Below, piece by piece: positions 26,003 through 37,975 of a stretch of 64,000 nt of DNA. The notes below the pieces were generated by a model. That model ran no database searches and was not told the DNA's origin. It saw only the letters and a list, made by a program, of their open reading frames with translations. The stretch is from positions 1,600,001 through 1,664,000 of the forward strand of contig CM000155.2 of NCBI GenBank assembly GCA_000004695.1, read 5' to 3'. Origin of the DNA: Dictyostelium discoideum (Eukaryota). Numbering within the stretch: the first letter of the stretch is position 1; each line of letters starts with the position of its first letter. Made by a program: the position numbers and the translations under genes.

Positions 26003-28181
26003 TAGCAATAATAACAGTGGCAATAACAATAGTAGTAATAATAGTAATGATAAAAATAATAATAATAATAATAATAATAGCGGTAGTTCAGATGATAATG
26101 GACCAAAACAAAAGACATTCATGGGTGACGTTCCATTGAGTGCTTTGTATTCATTTAGAAATGGTAATAATGAATATTATAATGAACGATATAAAAATGC
26201 AGTTGAACATTATAATACTGCAATATCATTATCATCTTCAAAAATTCCAACATTTTTAGTTGTAGTTTTAATTAATAGATCAATTACTAAATTAAAATTA
26301 CAAGTAAGTAGTATATACATAATATTATATCTGTTTTATTTTTATTTTTATTTTTTTTTATTGTTTTTTTTTTTTTTATTCTTTCATATTATTCATACTC
26401 ACACTATTATTTTTAATTTATTTTTTATAAAAGGAATATAAAAGATCAATTTTAGATAGTACATTAGCAATATCTATTCAGCCAAATTGTATTAAAGCAT
26501 ACATTTGTAGATCATTTGGATACTTTTTCTGTAAAGACTATAAGAAAGCATTTGCGGATCATTTAATTGCCACAAATTTAGCACCTCATAATCTTACACT
26601 TCAAAAAGTAATGAGATATGCACATGGTTCTTTATCAATGTTTAATGCTGATTTCTTTGATTATTCTTTAAATAATTTAGCAAAAATGTAAGATATATAT
26701 AAATTATTAAGATTTATTTATTTATTTTAAAATGATTTATTCTAATAAATATATTTTACTTATATAAATATAGAAAAAGTATACAATTAGAATGGTTAAG
26801 TGATTTTAATTTATTATCAATTGAAGAGGAACCAGGTAGAATGCATTTATTAGTTAAATATATGAAAGATTTAATAATAAGAACTAAAGATAATCCACAT
26901 CAACAAGGACCACAACAACAATTCATTAATCAATCATTACAGGCAGCACACCAACAATCACAAATTCTAACTCAAAATCCAGGTATAATACCACAGGCAT
27001 CATTACAACAAACACAAATTCAAAATTGTAGAAACACAAGTTCAACACCACCCTCATTAATACCATCAGGCGAATTCACTACTCGTACCTCTTGGAATGA
27101 TCTCGAAGAGTATTATTCCCTCTTTAGGCATCCACAAAGTGAAGTATTGGCTTCAAAACAAAAACTTTTAGGTAATGCTGATTTTCAAGAAAAAAGGTAT
27201 GAAGCTGCATTAAGTCATTATTCAAAAGCTATAAAATTAAATCCAGAGTATGTATTTTTTTAAAAAATATTTATAAATATTTATAAATTTTGTTATTTAT
27301 TTTTTTATTTATTAATTTTAATTTATTTTGTATAAAAAAAAAAAAAAAATAAGTGATTCTATTTATTACTCTAATAGAGGTATTGTATATTATAAATTAA
27401 ATAGATTTTATGAAGCAATTACAGATTGTACAATGTCAATTGAAAAACAAGCTAAACAATTTAAAGCCTATTTAAGAAGGGGTTCATCCTATGCAGCTAT
27501 TGGTGATTATGCAAATGCCATTATAGATTTTAAAGCTGGTTTAAAATATGAACCAGAAAGTATAGATTTAATTGATGGTTTATATAAATCATTGAAATGG
27601 ATTGAAAATGATTTAAGAAAAAGAATAGCTTCTTCTTCTTCTCCTTCTTCTACTACTAATAATACAAACTCAACAACTACTACAACTACTACAAATAATA
27701 CTACTACAATAACTCCAAATAATACAAGTTTTTTAGAATTATCTTTAAAAACCGTCAATTTTGAATTGTCTTTAATTGCTGCGAAATTAAATTCAACAAA
27801 GAATTCACAAATTGATCCAAGTCAATTACCTTCAACAACAACAACAACAATAAATAATAATAGTAATAATAATAATAATAATAATTTAAATAATAATAAT
27901 ATCAATAGTAATAATACAACAACAGCACAACCAATATCTTCAACAAATTCACCATTTTTATCACAACCAATTACAAATAATCCACCACCATCATTATCTA
28001 AAAATTTTCATGAGAAAATTTTACAAGAAAAAGATAAACAAAAGGAGAAAGAAATAGAAAAAGAAAAAGAAAAAGAAAAAGAAAAAGAAAAAGAAAAAGA
28101 AAAAGAAAAAGAAAAAGAAAAAGAAAAAGAAAAAGAAAAGGAAAAAGAAAGAGAAAAGGAAAGAGAAAAAGAAAGAGAAAG

Positions 28182-28212
<31 letters not shown>

Positions 28213-28836
28213 AGAGCAATGGAATCAGAATTAGAAGAAAGGGAGAGAGAAAGAGAAAAACATGTAAATAAAAAACAAAAACATACACATAAACAACAAC
28301 AACAACAATCACAACAACCACAGGAACAATTATCACCACCAACATCAAGACCACCAACACCACCAACAACACCTTCATCACCAACATCTGGATCACCACC
28401 ATCACCACCACCACAATTTTCATCATCATCAACAACAACATCAACACCACCATTAACACCACCATTAACACCATCATCATTTGCAACATCACAATCATTG
28501 AATTCAATTGATTCATATAAGAAAATAGCATGCTTTAGACCTATAACAGCAGAACAAAAGAATAAGCTAGAGTCATTGGTAAACTATTTAACAGATTTAA
28601 TCACTGATGAAATTGGTGACCCTTCTTTAATTTTATTCTCAAGAGCTGAAGCCTATTCTCAATTAAGAGACTACATATCTGCTTTTAGAGATTTTGAAAT
28701 TGCAACTCATTTAAATCAAAAATATACTGATATTCCAAAACGTCATCAAAGATTAAGACAAATAATAAAAGAAGATCAAGAACAAAGAAAACAACTTAAT
28801 AATCTAATTTATCACCATCCCCAAAGTCATCTTTAA
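25548..28836 (+). CDS. TPR repeat-containing protein with poly-Gln N-terminus and a long (EK)n/(ER)n charged tract, 4 exons, ~989 aa
   Basis: Exon 1 25548..26303 (donor GTAAGT). Exon 2 ~26434..26687 (TPR: EYKRSILDSTLAISIQPNCIKAYICRSFGYFF…, donor ATGTAAGA with phase 2). Exon 3 ~26774..27247 (…EKRYEAALSHYSKAIKLNP, donor GTATGT). Exon 4 ~27354..28836 (SIYYSNRGIVYYKLNRFYEAITDC…; then an (EK)n tract encoded by (GAAAAA)n at ~28020-28260; C-terminal TPR-like LFSRAEAYSQLRDYISAFRDFEIATHLNQ). Confidence 0.75.
28040..28262 (+). repeat. (GAAAAA)n / (GAAAGA)n hexanucleotide coding repeat encoding ~75 aa of alternating E/K/R
   Basis: gaaaaagaaaaagaaaaag…gaaagagaaagag inside TPR-gene exon 4. It produces a poly-(FL) artefact ORF on the opposite strand. 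Confidence 0.9.
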
Positions 28837-28898
28837 AAATAAAAAATAAAAAATAAAATAAAATATCAATAGATTATTTAAAAATAATAATAATAATG

Positions 28899-28953
<55 letters not shown>

Positions 28954-28969
28954 TAATAATAATAATAAA

Positions 28970-30503
28970 CTATTTATATTGGTTGAAACAAACTAACCAA
29001 TATAAAAAAAAATAAGAACAAATCAGATAAAATTTTATTTTTACTTTTTTTTTATTTTCTATTTTTATGAGATATCTTTTCCAACCAAAGATATTTTTAT
29101 TGCTATTACATTTACCTTTAAGGTTATTAGTCTCTCCAAAATTCTTTCTTATAGTGTATAAATCATATTGAACCAAAGATGAATCATAAGAGTGATCTAC
29201 ATTTGCTTCATTTGGTGGTAGAGTTACTGATGGTCTTTGATTTATATGCCAACCTCTTAAAAAGTTAATTTTAATTGGTGGTTGTAATGACATTGAATAA
29301 GTAACACGAAATTCTGTTTCTCCAAAGAATATAATATCTTTAAATATTACTTTATTCCAAATACTATTTGATACTTTATCATTTAGATTTGATTGTTCAT
29401 TTCCATTATAGATACCTAATAATTTATCACTATTTAAAGATGCAATCGATGATCTTGATTGTAATGGAATAATGTGAATTGAACCTCCTTTAAATCTACC
29501 TTCAAATATATTTGATTCATAGAATGAATACTGTGAAGTTGAAATAATACCACTATTAATATAATCTATATTATCTGGATATTGTACTCTTGGCCCAACA
29601 GTACTGGTGTTTGAATAAAATGAAATGAATGCATTATAATTAATGTTGAATTGTTCAGTACCATATAATAATGAAATACCACTCATACTTAATCTATCTG
29701 ATTATTCTTTTAATACGAATGAATTACCAATGACATTACCAAATGAACGAATTGCTCCAATGAATGATCTTGGTGTTAAACTTTGTTGTCGAGTTCCTGA
29801 ATGAATTGCTGCTAAAAAACAATTATTTTCAATATTTACAGATTTTTTATTATGGTATAAAGTTATTGGATATCTATTTGGAATATTATTACTTTCATCC
29901 AATGGTGATGATGTTGTATGTCCAAAATCATAGAATACTGAATTTTTAATATCAACAGTTGATGAACCAGTGAAAACCATTGAACATTTACCAATACCCT
30001 GGATCCATACATTTTTATTATAAGGATTTATTAATATAAAACCAGTATCAGTACCTAAGGTTAAATCATAGGAATATTTATCAGTATTAGTTTCCTTCAA
30101 CATATCTGTGTAATAATTGTGCAACTTGTATTGTTCAGTACCATATACATCTTTTGAACCACCAAGTTTAATAATTGGCATTCTATCATTTGAGAATGGA
30201 AAGCTTCTAATGAATGTTGTTCTATTTGTTGTATCATAACCAGTCCATGTTGAACTTGAATCGAAACCTCTAATTGTAATATTACCATATATTGAAAGTA
30301 TTGATGGAATATTTGTTAAGGTAACTTTAGCAGCCTTTACACGATTTTTATCTAAACTGTAAAATTTATCACCAGTGTAATTTAAATTTGTACTTGTTGG
30401 ATAATAATTAATATTATATGATTCACTACCAAATTGGTCATAGACAATATTATTTATATTAACATCATATAATTGTCCACTTGAAACTTGTGAATTACAA
30501 TCT
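28970..30503 (-). CDS. tandem-repeat beta-helix-like protein, putatively secreted, with internal in-frame TAA (possible pseudogene); 5' exon not located
   Basis: Exon begins at acceptor aattaatag (~30503) with no upstream ATG in frame. About 2.5 copies of a ~165-aa repeat: …YGNITIRGFDSS…, GGSKDVYGTEQYKLHNYY…, SGISLLYGTEQFNINYNAF…. In-frame TAA at 29702-29704 separates ORF 29702..30181 from ORF 28970..29686 (exact 15-nt gap, same frame). Hydrophobic C-terminus FYLICSYFFLYWLVCF. Confidence 0.45.
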
Positions 30504-31230
30504 ATTAATTATAATAAAAAACAAATTTAAATTAGTTAATAAGTGGTGGGTTTATTCTTTTAATTTCTATAATTTTATTATTTCAAAACAAACATTTAAA
30601 TAATATTGAAAGATTTAAAAGAAATATTAAAATAACTTTTCATTGTTTATTTTATTTTTTTATTTTTTTTTTTGAAGAAAATAAAAAGAAATAAATTTTT
30701 TCATTTTTATACTATTAATTTTTTTAGTTGATTTTTAGTAAGAGAAAAACATATGTATAATGATGGAATGGTGTGATATTTTTCATTACAAAAAATAATG
30801 CTTAAATCAGGAAAAAAAAAAATATCTTACTTTCAAGCTTAAAAATTTTGAACACAGTGGATTGATAAAAAATGCTTCTTTAAAGTTGGAATATGAAAAA
30901 TAAAAGGCAGAAAATCTGGAAATTTAAGATAAAAAAAAAAAACTAAAATTAAAAAAGATCTTTTTTCAACCAGACTTATTAAATTTTTAATTTTTTTTTT
31001 ATTTTAGTTTTATTTTTATATTTTTCATTGTCATTTTTATTTTTATTTTTATTTTATTTTTATTTTTATTTTTCTTTTTTCTTTTTGTTTCTATTAAAAA
31101 ATAAAATTATAAAATTTAGTTTTTGAATTTTTTTTTTTTTTTTAACTTATACCTTTTCACTAAAAATTTTTTATTTTTATTTTTTTTTTTTTTCATTTTC
31201 AAAAGATATCAATTCTCAAAAAAAATTAAA

Positions 31231-31843
31231 ATGGACCCTTTAGCCAATATTAAAAATGAAATAAATTTAATGAATCATAGAATTTCATCATTCGCTACTT
31301 ATGTAAATTATCAATTGTTAGAATTTAAACAGAGCATGTCAAATATTGGTGTGTAGTAAATAATAATTCAATTCTCAAGATTTTTTTTTTTTTTTTTTTT
31401 TTTTTAATTCCAAATCTTCACAATCATTGATTCTAACCTTTTTTTTTTTTTTTTTATTTTTTTTTTTTTTAATTTTTTCTGCAAATCAATGAAAATGATA
31501 ATTTCACTCAATGATTGATTAAAATAAATAATGTAAACAAAAAAATATATTTATTTTTTTAGAATTAATGTTACAAGAAAATATTGAATCAAAAAAAAAA
31601 ACAAAAACAGATACAGAACCAAATTCACCAACAAAACCACTTTCAACATCAATTCCAACTACAACAACAGCAGCAACTAGTCAATCAATCACTTCAACAA
31701 GTTTATCATCCTCCTCATCATTATCAAATCAAATTGCACAACCACCAATAATAAATGGACAGGTATTAAATTCTTCAATTTTAACTCCAACATCAAGAAA
31801 AAAACTTTCATTAGTTGACATAGATAAAAACAATTATAATAAC

Positions 31844-31940
<97 letters not shown>

Positions 31941-32260
31941 TAACAACAACAGATAAAAAAGAAGGAGAAAAGAATGAAAATGAAAATGAAAATGAAAATG
32001 AAAATGAAAATGAAAATGAAAATGAAAATGATATAATAGAAGAAGATAAAATAATAGAAAAAATGGATGAAGAATTAGAAAATGAACAAGTAGAACCAGT
32101 AGAACAAGTAAAACCAAAAACTCAAGGAGGTAGAAAAAAAGTATCTAAATTAACATTAGATTTTGGTATTGGTAAAAGACCAGTTAGAACTAAAACATTA
32201 ACACAATTAGGAATTGCGTTGGAAAAAGAAGATACTCCAAAAAAGAGACAAAGAAAATAA
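31231..32260 (+). CDS. hypothetical protein, low complexity, 2 exons (~271 aa)
   Basis: Exon 1 31231..31348 (MDPLANIKNEINLMNHRISSFATYVNYQLLEFKQSMSNI, donor GTGTGT). Acceptor ttttttag at 31562. Exon 2 31563..32260 (S/T-rich, (NYN)n poly-Asn, (NE)n from (GAAAAT)n, basic C-terminus …QGGRKKVSKLTLDFGIGKRPVRTKTLTQ…KKRQRK). Confidence 0.5.
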
Positions 32261-32295
32261 AAAAAATAAAAATAAATAAAATAACAATAAAATAA

Positions 32296-33363
32296 TTATA
32301 AAAACATTTGATTTTTATTATTTAATTTTAAAAATTGATTAATTGAATTTAAAGTTGGAGTTGAAGAACAACCACCAATTGATAAACAATTTAAAGCACC
32401 ACATGCAGAGGCAAACTCTAATGAATCTGATAATGATTGATTTTTATGAACTAAACTAAAGATTAAACCAGCCCTAAACGAATCACCAGCACCAGTGGTA
32501 TCGACAACTTTATCCGACGGTATAGCAGATGGCGTGAACCAGTAAGGTTCAATCCACTCATTATTCCAAGTGCCACCAATACCAAAACCATTTTTAGAAT
32601 CTGTTAAAATAAATAAAAACTTTTTAAATATACCATTATCTTTTTGAAACCATTGATTCATAATATTGAAAAATTCTTTAATCGGACCGTCTTTATTACC
32701 GAAATGGTCTGAACTACTCTGAAATATTAAATTTGAAGTATGTTCTATTGATGTGTTTTCCAATGAAAGTTCATCAACCACTGTATCTAATTCCTGATCC
32801 ATTATATATAAATTTGTATTGGTGATGATTGATTTCTTTATGACCTCCCTATTTATTAATGGATAGTTTGCGTCTAATGAAATCCAATGATTCGGTCCAA
32901 ATTGTAAATCAACATTCAATATTTTCTCTTTTATCTCTTTACATTGAACCATATATTGATCAATCTCTGGAAACCCAATTCCAAACATTGTTCTCTCTTT
33001 TTTATTACAAACGTAAATATCTGTTATTGGAGTATATTTTAAATAATTATTTTCATTGTTGTTGTTGATTTCTTGGATTTGTGTAAAGATTACATTTTTA
33101 TCACTAGTTTTACCTGTTGATTGATTTAATTTGTTTATAATGAATTTACCATTTAAATCATCTACTAAAGGTGGTACGATCAATTTTATTGATTCTTGAC
33201 CTTTTTCTACCCATTCATTTATACATACAAATGTATTTGATGCTTCACCACCTAATAAAATTTGTTCGCTAATAACTGGAGTATAGGTACCTAATGATTT
33301 TGGAAATTCTTCTATCTTTCTAACTTTATCAATACAAACTGTTCCAAATATTTGAATCGTCAT
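32296..33363 (-). CDS. pfkB-family carbohydrate kinase (ribokinase-like), single exon, 355 aa
   Basis: C-terminal pfkB signature DTTGAGDSFRAGLIFSL (DTxGAGD). N-terminal GG motif ILLGGEASN. True ATG at 33361-33363. Confidence 0.85.
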   Translation of the reverse strand: MTIQIFGTVCIDKVRKIEEFPKSLGTYTPVISEQILLGGEASNTFVCINEWVEKGQESIKLIVPPLVDDLNGKFIINKLNQSTGKTSDKNVIFTQIQEINNNNENNYLKYTPITDIYVCNKKERTMFGIGFPEIDQYMVQCKEIKEKILNVDLQFGPNHWISLDANYPLINREVIKKSIITNTNLYIMDQELDTVVDELSLENTSIEHTSNLIFQSSSDHFGNKDGPIKEFFNIMNQWFQKDNGIFKKFLFILTDSKNGFGIGGTWNNEWIEPYWFTPSAIPSDKVVDTTGAGDSFRAGLIFSLVHKNQSLSDSLEFASACGALNCLSIGGCSSTPTLNSINQFLKLNNKNQMFL

Positions 33364-34120
33364 TTATTTATTTTATTTTTTAAAAACTTTGATCTTCGTG
33401 ATCTTAGAGATTAAAATTAAATTAAATTTAATTAAATAAAATAAATGAAAAAAAAAAAAAAAATTAAATTAAATAAAATAAAAATAATATTTATTTTAAA
33501 AAAATTAAAAATAAAAAAAAAAAAAAAAAAAAATAAAAAAAAATAAAAAAAAAATAAATAATTGTCAAGAATGGGCAAAAATTTTTTTTTTTTTTTTTAT
33601 TTATAATTTATTTATTATGGGAAATAATTATTGTGCATTATTATTATTTTTTTATTTTTTATTTTGAAAAAATTAAAAAAACACAAAAAAACAGAAAATT
33701 GATTTGACATATTATTATTATAAATGTTTGTTAAAAATATAATTAGGAAAATTAAATACAAATTAAATAAAATATGAGTTCAATTGACTACTTGGTAAAC
33801 AATTGTGATTATAAAGTGTTTAAAATTTCAAATATTATATATATATTTTTTTTTTAAAGAATCAATCCAAAACATTAGTTCAATCAAATCAAGAGATAAT
33901 AAATCTTTAATTAGCTCTGCATTTTCATTAAATGATGGCCAAAGATCAAACTCCATCCAACCAGTTTCCCAAAATGACCAAGAAATGTGTTATTTGGGAG
34001 ATATTGATTATGGATGTACAATCATCTATCCAAATGGAAAAAAACATTAATAAATTACTCGATTTTATTTTATTATAAATTAATAAAATTGCTCAATTTC
34101 TTGTTTTTTAATACAATTTC

Positions 34121-34500
34121 TGAAATATTAAATTTGAAGTATGCTCTATTGATGTGTTTTCCAATGAAAGTTCATCAACTTCTGTATCTAATTCCTGATC
34201 CATTATATATAAATTTGTACTGGTGATAATTGATTTCTTTATGACCTCTTTATTTATTGATGGATAGTATGCCTCTAATGAAACCCAATGATTTGTTCCA
34301 AATATCTGTTATTGGAGTATATTTTAAATAATTATTTCATTGTTGCTGTTGTTGATTATTTCTTGGATTTGTGTAAAGATTACTTTTTTTTCACCAGTTT
34401 TGTCTGTTGATTGATTTAATTTGTTTATAATGAATTTACCATTTAAATCATTTACAAGTGGTATGATCAATTTTATTGATTCTTGACCTTTTCTACCCAG
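34121..34500 (-). pseudogene. truncated, internally deleted duplicate of the adjacent pfkB kinase gene
   Basis: 34121-34500 aligns to 32720-33213 of the intact gene at ~95% identity, with a ~114-bp internal deletion and small indels. Only the fragmentary ORF 34324..34536 remains (…GQESIKLIIPLVNDLNGKFIINKLNQSTDKTGEKKVIFTQIQEI vs parent …GQESIKLIVPPLVDDLNGKFIINKLNQSTGKTSDKNVIFTQIQEI). Confidence 0.8.
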
Positions 34501-35860
34501 ATAGATATTAAAAAAAAAAAGAAATTTTACAAACAAATTCCTACTTTTTTTATATTAAAAAAAAAATGAATTCATTTTAAAGCATTTCATAATATTTTTT
34601 TTTTCTTATTTTTTTTTCAAATTAATTATCATAAAATTAAACCTAAATTTTTATTAAAAGTATTAATTTTTTTTTCTTTACTAATTTTTAAGTTCTTTTT
34701 ATTAATTTAAAATTTATTTGCATTTTTTTTTTTTTTTATAAAAAAAATAATAATAATTTTATAAAATAAAATAAAATATTATAAAATAAAATAAAATATA
34801 ATAAAATAAAATAAAATAAATTAATAAATAAAATAAGATGGCTTTTTTTAAAAATTTTTTTAATTTTTTTTAGATAATCCCATTTGAATAAAATTTATTA
34901 TTATGTCTGTTTTCTTTGAAATATTTATTTCAAATTGAACATTTGGTATTAAATTATTTAATTCTCTTTTTTTTGATAATTCTCTATATTCATAATTTTA
35001 TTTTCAATTATTCAATATTCCAATCCAAAAATTAAATAAGATATTAAAAAAAAAAAATAAAAATAAAAATATGAAAAATAAAAAAATAATAAAAAAAAAA
35101 TAAAAAAGGAAAGTTAGTCAGTTTTTTTTGTTATCAAAAAAAAAAAAAATGAAAAAAAAAGTAATAAAAATAAAAATAATAAAAATAATTATAAAGATTA
35201 ATAAAGAAAAGAGCATCATCACTTTTGTTAATTAAATACCACTGATTTTTCTCTCATTTTTTATTTTTTTCCCTTTTTTTTTCATTTTTTTTTTTTTTCC
35301 TGAAGTTTCTTTTAAATTTTATTATTATTTTCTCAAAAAAAAAAAAAAAAAAAAAAAAAATAAAAAATTAAAAAAAATATTTTTTATTTTTTTATTTTTT
35401 TTTTTTATTCTTTCAGTACAAAAATAATTTATATATATCTATTATAGTCCATATTTTCCTTTTTAATAAAAATAACTTAAGTCTTTTTAATTATTATTTT
35501 TTATTTTCATTTATTTTATTCCATAATTTTCTTTAAATTTTTTTTTTTGTTTATTTTTTTAATTAAAAATTTAATTTAATTTTTTTTTTTTAAAAAAAAA
35601 ATATTATTTTAATTAAAAAAAATATTATTTTAATTATAAAAAAACAAAAAAATTTTTTTTTTGTGTTTAAATGAAAAAACCTCAATCAGAGTTTCAATAT
35701 TATTTCAAATAGCATTTATTTTATTAAATTTTTATATATATATATTTATATTACAAATAATCAATAAAAAATCAAGATTAAGGAATTAAAGAAAAAATTA
35801 AGTAAAAAAAAAAAATAAATAAATAAAAAAAAAAAAAAAAAAAGATATATCTTTGGTTTA

Positions 35861-35899
<39 letters not shown>

Positions 35900-35941
35900 T
35901 TTTTTTTTAAAATAAATCTTTTTTTCCTATAATTTTAAATA

Positions 35942-37975
35942 ATGGATTATAAAGTTAAACAACAAAAACAACAAACAACAACAACAACAACATCTAAAAA
36001 TATGGTAAATCATAAAGAACAACAACCAGATAATTTGGTTAAATCAATTACAAAATCAACAGAAGAATTAACAATTCAAGAGAATATTTTATCAACATCA
36101 ACTAGTGGACAATCAACAACAACAACAACAATAATTCAACCAGTAACAACAACAACAACAACAACTACCACTACTACCACTACAACATCAACTTCAAGTA
36201 GTGTTTTAATTGAAAATGAAAATGGTAGTAGTGTTGTAATTGAACATTTAAAACCAGAAGTAGAATATGGTAATATTGAATATAAATTACAATTAATTAG
36301 TCCAACACCTGATAGATTGGAGCATTTAACTTCACAGATGAAATGGAGGATTGGTGAAGGAGCAGGTGAGTGTCTCTATGAATTGGGTGTAAGTGATGAT
36401 GGTACAGCAGTTGGTCTATCGGATGAAGATATGACATTATCTTTGGAAACATTGAATAAGATGGCAAAGAAATTGAATGCTGATTTAACTGTAATTAGAG
36501 AGAGACCAGGTTTAAGTGGTGGTAAAGTAGTAGAGGCATTAATTAGGAAGTATGCATCGACAGAGGATTTTTCAGAGATTCGTGTCGTATGTTGTGGTAA
36601 TGTAGATGCAGGTAAATCAACATTATTGGGTGTATTGAAATGTGGTGTTTTAGATGATGGTAGAGGTAAGGCACGTCTCAATGTATTTCGTCATCGTCAT
36701 GAAGTAGAGAGTGGAAGAACCAGTTCAATCTCTCAAGAGATTGTTGGATTCGATAGTAAGGGTAAAATTGTAAACTATAATACCCTCCACTCTTCCCTCT
36801 CTCCAAGTGAAATTTGTGAAAGCTCTTCAAAGATCATCACCTTTGTAGATTTAGCAGGTCATGAAAAATACTTAAAAACAACATTGTTTGGTATGACATC
36901 AAGTTCACCAGATTATTGTATGATTGCTGTTGGTGCAAATACAATGGGTGCCACTGGTATGTGCAAAGAGCATTTGGGTATCGCGTTATCTTTACATATT
37001 CCAGTGTATATTGTTATCACAAAGATCGATAGAGCACCTGAAAATGTATTGGCAGCAACAATGACCGATATTAAAAAGATTTTACGTGGACCAGGTGCAA
37101 GAAAGTTACCAGTAGTCATTAAAAATCAAGATGATGTCGTTGTAGCAGCCAGAAACTTTGTATCGGATCGTGTCGTACCAATCTTCACCGTCTCAAATGT
37201 AACCGGTGAGAATTTAGATCTCTTAAGAATGTTTTTAAATCTTTTACCAGCTCGTAAGGAATGGGAATCTTTAGCTTTGAAACCGGCACAACTCGATATC
37301 GATTCAACTTGGAATGTTAGTGGTGTTGGTACAGTCGTTAGTGGTACAGTTATGAAAGGTGTCATTACAGCTGGTGAAACTTTATTGATTGGTCCAGATG
37401 ATAGTGGTAATTTCATACAAACTCAAGTAAAATCAATTCACACCAAACGTTTACCCGTTAAACATGTTAAAGCTGGTCAAACCGCTAGTTTAGCTTTGAA
37501 AAGGATTAAAAAGGAACAGATTAGAAAAGGTATGGTCATCATTCATCCGTCTGCTAAACCAGTGGCAACTCGTGAATTTGTCGCAGAGGTTTTAATCTTG
37601 TTTCATAGTACTACCATCAGTAAAAACTATGAAAGTGTCATCCATTGTCTTAGCACAACCCAAAGTGCACGTTTGATTGAGATGGACAAAGAAGTTCTTC
37701 GTACTGGTGATCGTGCTAGAGTTAAATTCAGGTACTTGCATCGTCCACAATTTTTAACTGTTGGTAGTAAATTTGTAATTCGTGAAGGTCGTTCAAAAGG
37801 TATTGGTCGTATTATTGAATTATGTCCGTTTGTTGTGGAACCAATCGTTCATAAAATTTCAAATGCACACGGTCACTCGAATGCCCATTTAACTAACGTT
37901 GCCAATGGTGGTGCCATAAAAAAACAAACTGTCACCAGAGCTCAGAGATTAAAAATTAAAACCTCTGATGGCTAA
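35942..37975 (+). CDS. GTP-binding protein 1 (GTPBP1/GTPBP2-family, EF-Tu-like translational GTPase), single exon, 677 aa
   Basis: G1 GNVDAGKST, G3 DLAGHEKY, G4 TKID. Domain II/III beta-barrel region follows. Poly-Thr N-terminal extension. Confidence 0.9.
   Translation: MDYKVKQQKQQTTTTTTSKNMVNHKEQQPDNLVKSITKSTEELTIQENILSTSTSGQSTTTTTIIQPVTTTTTTTTTTTTTTSTSSSVLIENENGSSVVIEHLKPEVEYGNIEYKLQLISPTPDRLEHLTSQMKWRIGEGAGECLYELGVSDDGTAVGLSDEDMTLSLETLNKMAKKLNADLTVIRERPGLSGGKVVEALIRKYASTEDFSEIRVVCCGNVDAGKSTLLGVLKCGVLDDGRGKARLNVFRHRHEVESGRTSSISQEIVGFDSKGKIVNYNTLHSSLSPSEICESSSKIITFVDLAGHEKYLKTTLFGMTSSSPDYCMIAVGANTMGATGMCKEHLGIALSLHIPVYIVITKIDRAPENVLAATMTDIKKILRGPGARKLPVVIKNQDDVVVAARNFVSDRVVPIFTVSNVTGENLDLLRMFLNLLPARKEWESLALKPAQLDIDSTWNVSGVGTVVSGTVMKGVITAGETLLIGPDDSGNFIQTQVKSIHTKRLPVKHVKAGQTASLALKRIKKEQIRKGMVIIHPSAKPVATREFVAEVLILFHSTTISKNYESVIHCLSTTQSARLIEMDKEVLRTGDRARVKFRYLHRPQFLTVGSKFVIREGRSKGIGRIIELCPFVVEPIVHKISNAHGHSNAHLTNVANGGAIKKQTVTRAQRLKIKTSDG

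Noticed and set aside
33780-34050. Plus-strand ORF 33805..34050 (…MCYLGDIDYGCTIIYPNGKKH) with a possible upstream ATG at 33778
   Set aside because: The required intron (~58 nt) is shorter than typical, and there is no domain signal. It lies between the pfkB gene and its pseudocopy, so it is left unannotated.
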